Notes under the pieces: generated by a model | The model's database searches: none | Told to the model about the DNA's origin: nothing | What the model saw: only the letters and a program-made list of their open reading frames with translations | Position numbers and translations under genes: made by a program | NCBI GenBank assembly: GCA_030390025.1 | Contig: CM059432.1 | Coordinates: 94,304,001 to 94,368,000, forward strand | Origin: Squalus acanthias | Taxonomy: Eukaryota | Direction of reading: 5' to 3' | DNA: 64,000 nt | Shown: piece after piece, positions 12,744 to 24,360 of the stretch | How positions within the stretch are numbered: the first letter of the stretch is position 1 | How the letters are laid out: each line of letters begins with the position of its first letter

Positions 12744-13632
12744 GGGGGAGAAATTCGGTATCGCCCCGTTTGGGGCGCTATTATCGGCCGGGCACAAAGT
12801 TTAGCGCCTGGCGCTAATTATCGCCTCCAAACTTGCAACATGGCTTCTATCGCCCCTGGAGGTGATTGGAGCGCTAAATCAGGCGCTACACATCTCTCTT
12901 AAGGCACTAACGCCGAGGAGCGAGGCGTTACCTCAGAGCGCTGGCGAAGCTCATGTGATGTCAGTCAGCAATGGAACACAGACACAATGGTGCCGGCCAG
13001 TTCTTAAAGGGGAGGGTTGATCTTGCTTTCCATCCACACCCTGCTCATTGCAGCCTTGAATCTCAGCCTGGAGAGACCTGTACATCAATTCTGCTGGAAA
13101 GAACAATGGAGAGTCCCAGGGAAAGAGCTCAGAGTGCAGCCCCCATAGTCTCTTCTAAATCGATGCAAGGAAGGTCAAATCAAAATGAACCTGCAAAGTG
13201 CTGCTCAGTACCCAAAACTCCTTCACACAGCGTTGAATCTCTGCAGAAGTCTCTCTCTCTCAGAATGCGTGGTGCAAAAATGTCGCTGACAAAAAAAGGC
13301 AGGAAGCGGTCGCCTTTAAATAGCGCTCCCCCAGTCCGTTCCCGACTGCAAAACGCTCCCCTCAACCTGTTGTTGCTAGGGGCAGGCGGTAAGGCAGGGG
13401 GCGCCACTCAATATCTGGTCTGGGGCGCTACCGGGGCGTTGCACGCTCAACTGACATCATGATCTGCGGGCGCAGGAGATCGTGGCAGTAGTGTTTAGCG
13501 CCGCCGCAAAATGTCTGGTCAATTTCGCGAGCGGTGCAAACATCGCTGCGCCCGGGCGCTAGTTGCTTTGCGCCCCATTAGTGCCCTCTTAGGGCACTAA
13601 CGGGAGGCGCAAAGCAACCGAATTTTTCCCCC
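12744..13632 (+). mobile_element. Harbinger-type MITE, family A copy 1
   Basis: TIRs GGGGGAGAAATTCGG / CCGAATTTTTCCCCC with TSD AAG. Homologous to 30863-31738 and 60780-61672. Confidence 0.9.
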
Positions 13633-14385
13633 AAGATTTTTTTATAATCGAGTATATCTGGCACACAACTGCTATAGCCATTCATCGCCAAATTTGGCTT
13701 GACCATGTCAAGCTCTACCAGGCCTCCCTCTCCTCTGCCCTCGGATCATCCTGTCGGGCAAAGATAACCCAAGGCTCCTTTTCTCTTATTATCAACTTCC
13801 TCCATAAACTCCTTTCTCCTGTCCACTTTACCCTCACCTCTAGCAACAAGTGTGAGGAGCTCATGGATTTCTTCGTCATTAAGATCAAGCCATCTGTTCA
13901 GCTGCCTCTGCTGCATCGCGGCCAGCCTCCCATCTTCCATGCCCCATAAGCTTCAGCTCATCCAAAACTTTGTTGTATGTGTTCTATTCCACACCAAGCT
14001 TCACTTGCCCATCATCCCATCCTTGCTGACCTACATTGGTTCCCGGTCCCCCAGCACCTCAAATTTTAAATTCTCACTGTTGTGTTCAAATCCCTGCAGT
14101 GCATCCCTGTAACCTATTCCAGCCCTACAATTCCCCACAAACTCTCCAGTCCTCCAGCATCTTGTGTATCCTTCCTCCCTTTGCACAACTGGTGGCCGTT
14201 CCTTCAAAGCCTAGGCCTCACTCTCTGGAATTCCCTCCTTCTCCTCCTTTAAGAACATATATAAGACGTAGGAGCAGGAGTAGGTCATTTGGCCCCTCGA
14301 GCCTGCTCCGCCATTCAATAATGGCTGATCTGATCTTGGCCTCAACTCCATTTCCCTGCCCGCTCCCCATAACCCTTGACTCCCT

Positions 14386-14786
14386 GGTGCCTCACAGCGC
14401 CAGGGACCCGGGTTCGAATCTGACCTCGGGTGACTGTCTGTGTGGAGTTTGCACATTCTCCCCGTGTCTGCGTGGGTTTCATCCGGGTGCTCCGGTTTCC
14501 TCCCACAGTCCAAAAATGTGCGGGTTAGGTTGATTTGGCTATGATAAATTGACCCTTAGTGTTAGGGGGGGATTAAATATGTGGGGTTATGGGGAATTGG
14601 ATGGGATATGTTAGGGGGAATTAAATACGTGGGGTTACGGGGGTAGGGTGGGATATGTGTACTGTGGGGATTAAAGCAGGGACAGGGTACTGGATTTGAA
14701 TGATCAGCCATGATCGTATTGAATGGTGGAGCAGGCTCGACGGGCCGAATGGCCTACTCCTGCTCCTAGATTCTATGTTTCTATGT
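14386..14786 (+). mobile_element. HE1-like V-SINE, 5'-truncated
   Basis: B box GGTTCGAATC, V-domain GTCTGTGTGGAGTTTGCACATTCTCCCCGTGTCTGCGTGGGTT and a CR1-derived tail (TTCTATGT)n. It interrupts the CR1 3' end. Confidence 0.88.
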
Positions 14787-15573
14787 TACCTTTCAAAAAT
14801 CTGCCTATCTCCACCTTAAATATATTCAATGACCCAGCCTCCACAGCTCTCTGGGGAAGAGAATTCCAAAGATTCATGACCTTCTGAGAGAAGAAATTCC
14901 TCCTCATTTCCGATTTAAATGGGTGCCCCCTTATTCTGAAATTATGCCCCCTAGTTCTAGATTCCCCCACGAGGGGAAACAACCACTCTGCATCTACCCT
15001 GTCAAGCCCCTTCAGAATCTTATATGTTTCAATAAGATCCCCTCTCATTCCTCTAAACTCCAATGAGTATAGGCCCAACCTGCTCAACCTTTCTTCATAA
15101 GACAACCCCTTCATCTCCGGAATCAACCTCGTGAACCTTCTCTGAACTGCCTCCAATGAAAGTATATCCTTCCTTAAATAAGGAGACCAAAACTGTACGC
15201 AGCACTCCAGGTGTGGTCTCACCAACGCCCTGTACAGTTGTAACAGGACTTCCCTACTTTTGTACTCCATTCCCTTTGCAATAAAGGCCAACACTCCATT
15301 TGCCTTCCTAATTACTTGCTGTACCTGCATGCTAACTTTTTGTGATTCATGTACAAGGACCCCCAGATCCCTCTGTACCTCAGCATTTTGTAATCTCTCC
15401 CCATTTAAATAATAATTTGCTTTTTTATTTTTCCTACCAAAGTGGATAACCTCGCATTTTCCCACATTATACTCCATCTGCCAGATTCCTGCCCACTCAC
15501 TTAGCCTATCTATATCCCTTTGGAGATTCTTTGCGTTCTCCACACAATTTGCTTTCTCACCTATCTTTGTATC

Positions 15574-15745
15574 CATGATGTGGAGATGCTGGTGTTGGAC
15601 TGGGGTGGACAAATGTGAGAAGTCGCACAACACCAGGTTATAGTCCAACAGCTTTATTTGAAATCACAAGCTTTCGGAGCGCTGCTCCTTCGATTTCAAA
15701 TAAAGCTGTTGGACTATAACCTGGTGTTGTGCGACTTCTCACATT
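15574..15745. mobile_element. Penelope pLTR fragment with inverted duplication (hairpin)
   Basis: 12-bp TSD TATCTTTGTATC (15562 and 15746) inside the CR1 FADDTK region. Arms of about 55 bp are perfectly inverted. Confidence 0.85.
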
Positions 15746-16689
15746 TATCTTTGTATCATCAGCAAATTTGGCTACATTATACTCGGTCCCTTCATCCAAG
15801 TCATTAATATAGATTGTAAATAGTTGAGGCCCCAGCACTGATCCCTACGGCACCCCACTAGTTACAGTTTGCCAACCTGAAAATGACCCATTTATCCCGA
15901 CTCTCCGTTTTCTGTTAGTTAGCCAATCTTCTATCCATGCTAATATATTACCCCCAACCCCGTGAGCTCTTATCTTGCATAGTAACCTTTTATGTGGCAC
16001 CTTATCGAATGCCTTCTGGAAATCCAAATACACGACATCTACTGGTTCCCCTATACCCACCCTGCTCGTTACATCCTCAAAGAATCCTGCAAATTTGTCA
16101 AACATGATTTCCCTTTCATAAAACCATGCTGACTCTGCTTGACTATATTATGATTTTCTAAATGTCCTGCTACTACTTCCTTAATGATGGACTCCAGCAA
16201 TTTCCCAATGACAGATGTTCGGCTAACTGGTCGATAGTTGCCTGCTTTCTGTCTCCCTCCTTTCTTAAATAGGGGAGTTACATTTGAGGTTTTCCAGTCC
16301 ACTGGGACCTCTCCAGAATCCAGGGAATTTTGGTAGATTACAACCAATGCATCCACTATCTCTGCAGCCACCTCCTTTAAGACTCTAGGATGCAGGCCAT
16401 CGGGTCATGGGGACTTGTCCACCTTTAGTCCCATTAGTTTGCCTAGTACTTTCTCTCTGAGCTTTCTTAAAACCCACCTCTTCGACCAAGCTTGTCCTAA
16501 TCTCTCCTTCTTTGGCTCAGTGTGCTTTGTGAAGTGCCTGGGTACATTTTTCTGTGTTAAAGGCACTATATAAATGCAAGTTGTTATGTAAAATATTGAG
16601 AAGCAGAAATAAGGTGAATGTTGACTTGGAATGCAGGATGAACTTAGCCCTGGATGGGAGCTTGAGTCAGAGATAAAGCAAAACACTAT

Positions 16690-17375
16690 CGGGTAAAAAT
16701 TGGGTCGGGCCCCCTTTGGAGTGCTACCTTCGCCGGGGCGCTAATTTTAGCGCCCCGAAAAAGTTAGCACCCCCTGCGGCCGGTTTTCCCAGGTAGCGCC
16801 CCGAGAGGGAGGAGGGGCGCTACTGGAAGCGCCCCGCGTCCCTCTTGAGGCGCTGCGAGCCAATATCGCGCCGCGGTACTGCAGGCCTTCCTCCCCTTAT
16901 TAAAGGGGAGGGGCCTGGTGCAGCGTGTCCCAGCGCCCAGCTGGGCCACCAGGGATCGGGAGTGCTGGCAAACGAGCCCGGCACTCGAGGAGTGCCGGGC
17001 TCACGGAGAGCAGCCGGCACCACGCAGGGGGCCTTCACGGGGGCCGGGGACAGCAACGGGGGCAGGTGCTGGCAGGCGGTCAGCAACAAAAATGGCCTCC
17101 TGCCACCTCCCCTTTACCTAGCGCCGCCCCGGCTGCAGGTAGGCCCCCCTGACCCCGGTGGACATAGTGTCCGGTGGTAAGTTGGGGGGGGGGGCACTAC
17201 CCAATATTACTGCCGGGGCGCGAGCGGGGTGCTGCGCACGGCAATGACGTCATCGCCGGCGGCGCAGCGTGGCGCTAACGGTTATTGCCGCCGCTAACCT
17301 CCCGCTGAATTTTGCGGGGGCGTTAGCGGCGTTAGGGTGCTAACGGGAGGCGCAAATCAACCGAATTTAGCCCCC
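16690..17375 (+). mobile_element. Harbinger-type GC-rich MITE, family B copy 1
   Basis: Termini CGGGTAAAAATTGG / CCGAATTTAGCCCCC. Homologous to 57315-58058, with subtermini shared with family A. Confidence 0.85.
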
Positions 17376-17489
17376 ATAGCCCCAATTCTCTGAGCTGCAA
17401 TCTCATATAGCAAGGCTCCACTCCGGGAACACAGCCTTTCAATTTTCCCTTCCAGAATTACAGCATCAGAAGACATAAGTATAAAATTA

Positions 17490-17539
17490 ATAAGCCTCAA
17501 ATAATGCCAGTGACATAAGCCTCAAATAATGCCAGTGAC
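17490..17539. repeat. Perfect 25-bp tandem duplication
   Basis: ATAAGCCTCAAATAATGCCAGTGAC occurs twice in tandem. Confidence 0.9.
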
Positions 17540-18644
17540 TTGGAGAATTCTTCCTCCAATACACAGTATTTTACATAGAGTTACATAGAAATTACAAAAT
17601 CAAACCAGAATATTTTGCCCAGCTAGTCTGTGTTGGTGTTTATCTTCCACTGGAGCAGTAGTCCTAATCCCATGTTTCTGCTCTATTCCCACATCCCTTT
17701 ATTGCCCTTTCCTTCAGCTACCTATCTAACCTGCTCTTAAATGTTGACATGGGCTGGGAAATTCCTGTGATCCTGCTCTGCTGCTGTAATTTCACCAGAA
17801 TGAGGTAGAAACCCCATTTACAAATGCAAGTTTTTGTTGTTGTTGTTGGGATAGTGCCGCGGACTTTTATGTTTACTTGAATGAAAAGATCGAGCCTTGG
17901 TTCAACATCTCAACTGTAGGATGCCTCCAACAATGCAGCACTCCCTCAGTAATGCACTGAAGTGTCAGTCTAAATGCAGTCTAAGTGAAATAAGTATACG
18001 ATACTGTAGTAGCAACCATATTTGAAAGAAGTTGTTTCATGTGTGTGAGAGAAATGTAGGTTTTGAAAATGCAGACTTTAGTTTGAGTGAAGGATCCTTT
18101 GTAATGTACCATCTATAATATTATGCTTTATTATACGAGTACCTTTGGATAGGTGTTTGGGGCATGTCACACAATTTAAACTGTGAAGTGATAATTCCAG
18201 TGAGAGCTATCTGTCAGTGCTTTATCAAATGAAGTCTAGTTTCCAATTCAAATTATATCTTGTCACTGTTTTTATTACGGTGGAGAAAATATGTAATTGT
18301 CTGAAGGGTGTGTATTTTTTGGATCAGTCGTAGGCAATGAGTGAGGATTGTAATATCACTTTTGGTTTCTCTTCATCATTTCTGACTAATTTATCCTTCG
18401 TTTTGAAGTAGATGGAAGTCTGTTTCCATGGTACATGGATTTCTGTCAGTAGCAGAATTTTGTTGTTTTTCCATAGTGTTTTACTGTAGAGGTTGGTTAT
18501 GTTGCTCCATGTCCAGAGAATTTAGTTCCATTTCTTGTATCTCTTGTACCACTGAATTCCACTCTTCAGTGTTAGCAACAGACTCAAATAACTCAGACAT
18601 GTTGATTTGAAAGCAGACATGAGCTAGCAAGTTGAAGTTTGCAA

Positions 18645-19055
18645 AGAAAGCGCTTACATTTATTTAATACTGCCCACTTTCTCAGGCAGCCCAAAGTACT
18701 TTGCAGCCAATGAATTACCTTTGAAAAGTAGTCAATATTGTTTTGTCGGCAAACACTGCAGTCAATTTGAGCAGAGCAAGGTCCCTCAAATAGCAATAAG
18801 ATAAATAATCACATAATCTGCTATTGGTGCTGGTGGTTGAGGGATGAATGTTCAACAGGATAATGAGAGAACTCCCTGTTCTTGAATTGTGCCACAGAAT
18901 TTTTACATCCTCCTGAACTGTTAGACAGGGCGTCAGTTTAATGTCTTATCCAAAAGACTTCCTCAGTGCTGCATTGAAGTGTCAGCCTAAACTATGTCCT
19001 GAACCCACAACATTCTGACTGAAATGAGAGTGCTACCACTGAGCCAAGCTGATAC
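18645..19055 (-). mobile_element. Diverged DeuSINE-like copy, near full length
   Basis: Similar to 12008-12175 and extends to a tRNA-like head (minus strand CAGCTTGGCTCAGTGGTAGCACTCTC). Confidence 0.6.
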
Positions 19056-19072
19056 TTATATATACACACAAT

Positions 19073-19806
19073 GGGCTGGATTTTCATTGACCCGTGGAGG
19101 CGGGTTTGGAGGCGTGTGGGGGGTTAAAATTGCGAAAACTGGCAGGCGGGCACAAGTCCGCCTCCATCCCGCCTCCACGCAATTTTCATTAAATCATGTC
19201 TGCTGGTCCCGACTCCGTCCCGCCTTTAAGAGGCGGAATAGGCTGTTAAGGCCCTTAACAAGCACTAAATTGGCTCTATAATGCCATTTTGAAAGGCCTT
19301 TGTGATTTTAACCCTTGATCTATGTGAAGCACGCCTGTTCTGAACCACGATTGTGAAACCTGGCGGGAGCACATTTGGATAGCTGACTATCAGCTGCAGG
19401 TCCACTATTACAACGGAGATGTGATGAAGGTAGTAGTAGTATTAGGTCTGAAAGTCGCCTCTGATGCTGCTGCATTGAATGTCTTTAGAGACTGCCTGGC
19501 CTTTGCTGTGTGCAAAAAAAATTCTCTCTCTCTCTCTCTCTCTCTCGCTCGCTCATTTTGCATCCAGGTCCTCTCACAGCAAAGGCCAGGCAGTCTCTGA
19601 CCTGCAATGCAGCAGCAATGATGACATCATCAGAGGCGACTTTCAGACTGAAACCACTAATTGGTTCATGGGTTCCCACATGCTGGAACTCAATTGCCCA
19701 ATTAGGTGAAAATTGCATCAATTTCCCACATCCAATTGCAGTCGGGTGGATAACACAAAATGCGGATGACCCGACCCCAACCCGCCCCAGTATCAAAATC
19801 CAGCCC
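19073..19806. mobile_element. Harbinger-type MITE with internal inverted repeat and (CT)n
   Basis: 12-bp perfect TIR GGGCTGGATTTT / AAAATCCAGCCC with TSD AAT. Confidence 0.85.
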
Positions 19807-21038
19807 AATGTTTCTCCACACCCCGCCCCCTCCCCCCACCCCATCCCAGGAACCAACCTTGTAGATGTTGCTATACATGCTGTTTTCTATTTTTGAATCA
19901 GCATGAAAAATCAAAAGACATCACCAGCTTAGAAAACGGGCAACACTCCAATCCATCCTCGCCCCAACAAAATAAGTTTGTATGCAATTGCATATATTGC
20001 TTTCTTACACCAATGTTTGAAGGTTTGGTGTGCAATCATGTTAATCATTTTTTAGTGCTTAGGAAATTTTCATTTCTATTGACTTCAATGGAATTGAAAA
20101 TCGGGAGAGTCAAAATTACCCCAATTGTTTTAAATATTTCAAGAATGTGCAATGTTACTGACATAAAACAACCTAACACTAATTTATTTTGCAGCCATGC
20201 CTGTTATCCATTACACTGCAGCATCGTCATAAAGATGTTCTGTTGTTTGCTCTTGGGAAGCATAAACTATTAATTTCGAGTTTATGGGGCTGTTCTGGTG
20301 GACTCCCACTGTAACTTTTCAGGAGTTTGCTGGAATAGCCATAAACTAAGCAGGGACTTGGAGACGGCAGGTCCCGGCCTTGTGTCAATGTTTCATGCAT
20401 TGCTTTGGCCATCCACCCCAGCCTCCACCTACCCTTAAGTCAAGAGTTCCTGCGACCCTGTCCTCATTTGGGACCTGATGTAGGATTGGCACAGGTAGAT
20501 CTCACTGACAGAGGCTCACCTGAAGGTCCAGGCCAGGATTGGGGCCTGGATCCTCGAAGATGAGAATCCAAAAGTATTCTATTAAAAGCAGCAAAGGGGG
20601 CATCAAAAATTTCTTTCGGGGGTGGGGGAACCTTTGACCAGCATAGTTCAGTCAGACTTTTTGGCCACTTTGGCATGGGAGCACCCCAGATATGCCACCA
20701 ACCTACCAAAGGTCTGCTACTCATGGCCCAGCTCACTGACGCTGTGAATTTAAGTGAGGTCAGTGGTAGAGGTTACTGGTAGGTGCATCCTGGCACTAAT
20801 GCAAGTTCCCCTCCCCATGGACTTTTGAGGCCCAAAACACTGCATAAAGTACAATATGTTAGAGCACATCATGTACTCCTGAATATTTTTCAGGCTTAAA
20901 TAGTATATTGTTTCTAAATAGTAGCTCGAGTGATATTTCTTACATGCCAACAATGTATTTTTCTTGATATTGTGCAATGAATTTATAATCTTTCCTCATC
21001 TTCCTCAGTAAACCCCAGATTGTGCCAGCTCTTTGTAC

Positions 21039-21208
21039 CTCATTAATACTCCACTTGGACACCTTGCTGGCTTGGAAGTTCACCACTCCGGGCAGTAGTT
21101 TGCAGTGCTGCTCCCAGCAAAGTGGGAGATCACGAACTGGGTGAGCAGACATGGCTGACATGAAGACGGACTGGTGGAGAGCTTGCTGCATACTGTCAAC
21201 AGAAAGAT
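21039..21208 (-). CDS. L3MBTL4: Internal coding exon of lethal(3)malignant brain tumor-like protein (most like L3MBTL4), region entering the SAM domain
   Basis: Acceptor TTTCTTTTCCAG|AT and donor GAG|GTAC give 170 nt, phase 1 in and phase 0 out. It translates as LSVDSMQQALHQSVFMSAMSAHPVRDLPLCWEQHCKLLPGVVNFQASKVSKWSINE, matching the L3MBTL1/4 HQS..MS..SAHP...EQHCKLLPGV motif. RDLPL favours L3MBTL4; the paralogue call is from recall. Confidence 0.85.
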
Positions 21209-21667
21209 CTGGAAAAGAAAGGCAAGAAGGAATTACTCACTTTTCCAGAAGCATTTTTTTTGCATTTGACTTTGAATATAATAAAATATTTATATTTTCA
21301 GTGAAATCTGGAAAAAAAAGAGAATGTTATTCCAGGAAGCTCATTTTTGTAATTGTGAGGTAGCTTGTGCATAATTGGTAAGAATTAGTGTCAAAGATTC
21401 AGCCAGTCATTATTTGAAGAGAAATAATTTAGAGAATGGGTCATTTGATGTGATAATTCTGCAGTGCATTTTCATGATCAACTGCCTGGAAGGAAAGAAA
21501 ACTCATTAGATGCTGATCAGCTGAGTAATATTGTATCCATATGCCTGAGTGAAAACCACATGAAAAACATTAATTTGAAATTTTGAATATGCTTGTGGAA
21601 CTCAGTTACATGGGCATCTGGGCTTCATTAGTTGAACACTATATAATGGATTTTCAGAACATTTATA

Positions 21668-21669
<2 letters not shown>

Positions 21670-21699
<30 letters not shown>
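21670..21699. repeat. (TA)n microsatellite
   Basis: Directly visible. Confidence 0.95.
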
Positions 21700-21701
<2 letters not shown>

Positions 21702-21730
21702 TATAATGGAACAGAATTAACATTTCAGGT

Positions 21731-21806
21731 ATGCTGCCTGACCTGCTGAGTATTTCCAGCATTTTCTGTTTATATTTCAGGTTTCAAGCATCCGCAGTAT
21801 TTTGCC
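21731..21806 (+). mobile_element. Penelope 3'-terminal fragment
   Basis: ATGCTGCCTGACCTGCTGAGTATTTCCAGC...GCATCCGCAGTATTTTGC matches the end of the Penelope element at about 54261-54335. Confidence 0.75.
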
Positions 21807-23012
21807 TTTTATAGCAGCTGTTCTGTTGTTACTTGGGTGAGTTGGAGGCAGTTTTACATTAATTAATGTACAATATATCATCAGGGCCACTGATTTACAT
21901 TGAATATGACAAGTCAATTTTATTACACAGTATTTTGGGAGGTATGGGTCCAAATTACATGATTATGTCCATATTTTCTTGGAAATTATGTATCAGTGGC
22001 CTTGATTGTCATTATATGTTTGCTTAGTACTTCATCTTGCCTCATCATTTTTTAATGCGCAGGATTCACAGGAAGATAGTAACAAAGATGTTCCAGGCTG
22101 ATAGGAGGTACCTCTTCCCCAGCCTCCTCTCCTCCCCCTTTACTTCACTCCCTCTCCCCATCTTTCCTCTTCTCTCCCACTTCTTTGGCCTGCGTCCAGT
22201 TATCCCTCCACCCTCTAACCCTGCTTGACCTGAACATTGTTCTTGGTCTTGACTCCCCATATGCAACGCCACAATAGATTGACACTTCTCCACCTTCTTC
22301 CAAGGCCTCTAATGCTCCTCTACATTGCCTTCCTCCATCCTGTTGTACCTTCCCCCTCTGCTGCCCCACTCTACCATCCCCTGCCTCACACTTACACTTA
22401 TTCATAAAGCAGCAACAAATCACATCAGTACTGGTAGAGAACGTACCAATCAGCAAGTAATAACAAAAACTACCAATCATGAAATTCAATAAAAGTGAAT
22501 CAAAAATGGGCAGTTTGCAAACAGCTACCAATAAAAAAAGGGAAGGGAAACCAATGAAATTGCTCAAAATATTTTGTTTTAATTATTTTTGGCCACCATC
22601 TCATCCTAAAATATCAAACTTAGTGCTGGAAATAAAAAATTACAAAATTTGCAATAAAATGATTAAACTTACCTGTATAGCAATGTTGTTCAATATGTTA
22701 GCCTAACATGGCTAATTGGGAATGCAGATGTCACTAATTGCATTTTTGTATTAGTAAATAATAAATGAGTAATAGACACCGTCGTTGGGTGTGTGATCTC
22801 AATACTCATATTCGCACGGTGTATGCATGTGTACTTTAACCTTTTTGTGCAGTTGTTGGTAAAGTGGTAAGATGAAAGCAGAGTGCGCAAGTGATTTTAG
22901 ATTGTTGTGTGTGCTTTACTTTCTTGGTAATTGATTACTGGTTATCTGCTAAAATGTTATGTAACATGGGTGAAAATGCCAGACTTCAGCACCATGGAAA
23001 CATCAGAAACAT

Positions 23013-24055
23013 GGGCTGGATATTAACTCATAGGAGGGGAGGCTTCGAGTCAGGAAACCTGGAAGTACGGAGGCCAGATAGAATATCGGAAGGCGGAGCA
23101 GGGGGGAGATTAGAGGCCAGAGGCAAGATTGGAGGGCGGAGCTGGGGGGAGATCGGAGGCCAGAGGCAAGATTGGAGGGAGGAGTAGGGGGGAGATCGGA
23201 GGCCAGAGGCAAGATTGGAGGGCGGAGCTGGGGGGAAATCGGAGGCCAGAGGCAAGATTGGAGGGCGGAGCAGGGGGGAGATCAGAGGCCAGAGGCAATT
23301 TGGAGGCCAAAGGCAAGTTCGGAGAGCGGGGAGGTGGGGGGATATCAGAGGCCACAGGCAAGATCGGAGAGCAGAGCAGGTGGGAAATTGGAGGTCAGTG
23401 GCAAGATTGGGGTCCTGAGCGGGGGGAGATCGGAGGCCAGAGGCAAGATTGGAATCCAGAGCTGGGGGGGGGGGGGGGGCGGGGGGGGGGGAGGGTGAGA
23501 TCTGAGGCCAGAAGGCAGATCGGAGGCCAGAGGAAAGATTGGGGTCCGGAACAGGCAGGGTGATTTGAGGCCAGAGGCAATATCAGAGGCCAGGGTTGGG
23601 GGTAATTGGAGGCCTCGTGGAGGTGATTGGAAGCGTCAGAGTGGGCGGGGGGGGGAGGGTAGAGATCAGAAGAGTTGGGAGTAGATCGGAAGGGTCAGGG
23701 ATGTCCGACTGTGTTGGAGTTGATGAAGCAGGTAAACTGGATCCAGCAGGTAAGTGGAAAGGCACTTATCTTCTGTATCCAGCAGATCTCGCCTCCTTTT
23801 AGCCGCCTCGTTTCCTGAGGCTCGGAAAACTCAGCCAGCCAGGGTTAAATTTAAAATGGTGGTTAAATATGAGGCACGCAGCGTCATTGTAATATTTAAA
23901 TTGCCAACCAGCTCCTGGGAGGGTTTGGTTGACGGCACCCGTTAAAACCGGAAATGGGCGGGTTGGAGGCAAGTTGGGGTTGTGATTCAGATTTTTAACA
24001 TTTTAACATCCCACCTGACCCAAACCCGCCCATTTTTGGGGGTTAAAATTCCCCC
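23013..24055 (-). mobile_element. Harbinger-type MITE, family C copy 1, containing a G-rich minisatellite
   Basis: Termini GGGCTGGATATT / AAAATTCCCCC with TSD CAT. The right end is the reverse complement of the start of 60587-62284. Confidence 0.75.
23085..23595. repeat. About 43-bp G-rich minisatellite
   Basis: Unit GAGATCGGAGGCCAGAGGCAAGATTGGAGGGCGGAGCTGGGGG, repeated about 10 times and decaying to the right. Confidence 0.9.
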
Positions 24056-24360
24056 CATTGTATGGAGAGGGGTGCCGTCCTCATGGTCGACCAATCAGAA
24101 TGACCACACTAGACCAGCAGAAGAAAGCAAGCCCAATCAATAACAAGCAGCTCCAACAGGGCAAGTCATGGCAAAGGGCAAGCAGCATCCAACCATGATA
24201 TGGATAGAGAGCAGGGGCGGGTCTAGCATGTATTGTCGTGCAAGTCAACATTCTCAGCAATCACTCTGAAGACAAATTACGGCTCGCAACTGCTGGACAA
24301 AAACCTAAAAAACTGCGATGTGTTGTGTCTGATAAATTAAAGCCAGAATTCCAAACTTTC

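Larger units (their letters stand above)
14251..16459 (-). mobile_element. CR1 LINE, 5'-truncated, carrying a SINE and a Penelope hairpin insertion
   Basis: RT ORF pieces at 14773..16371 (KSP, NYRPVS, YLDFQKAFD, FADD). Very similar to 24361-27235. Confidence 0.92.
13690..16590 (+). mobile_element. Old L2-like LINE 3' region, split by a CR1 insertion (pieces about 13690-14250 and 16460-16590)
   Basis: Degenerate KLQLIQN and LHW motifs. The sequence CTCCTTTAAG resumes as CTTAAAACCCACCTCTTCGACCAAGC, then the L2 tail AAAGGCACTATATAAATGCAAGTTG. Confidence 0.65.

Noticed and set aside
14773..15648. 291-aa ORF with unusual N-terminus
   Set aside because: This is the CR1 RT C-terminus opened by an ATG in the inserted Penelope hairpin.
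16690..17375. CpG island or host promoter with GC-rich ORFs
   Set aside because: It is bounded by TIRs and repeated at 57315, so it is a MITE.
23003..23580. Multiple Gly/Pro-rich ORFs on both strands
   Set aside because: They are translations of the 43-bp minisatellite.
23085..23595. Regularly spaced repeats resembling a CRISPR array
   Set aside because: The spacers are not unique, the context is eukaryotic and there are no cas genes.
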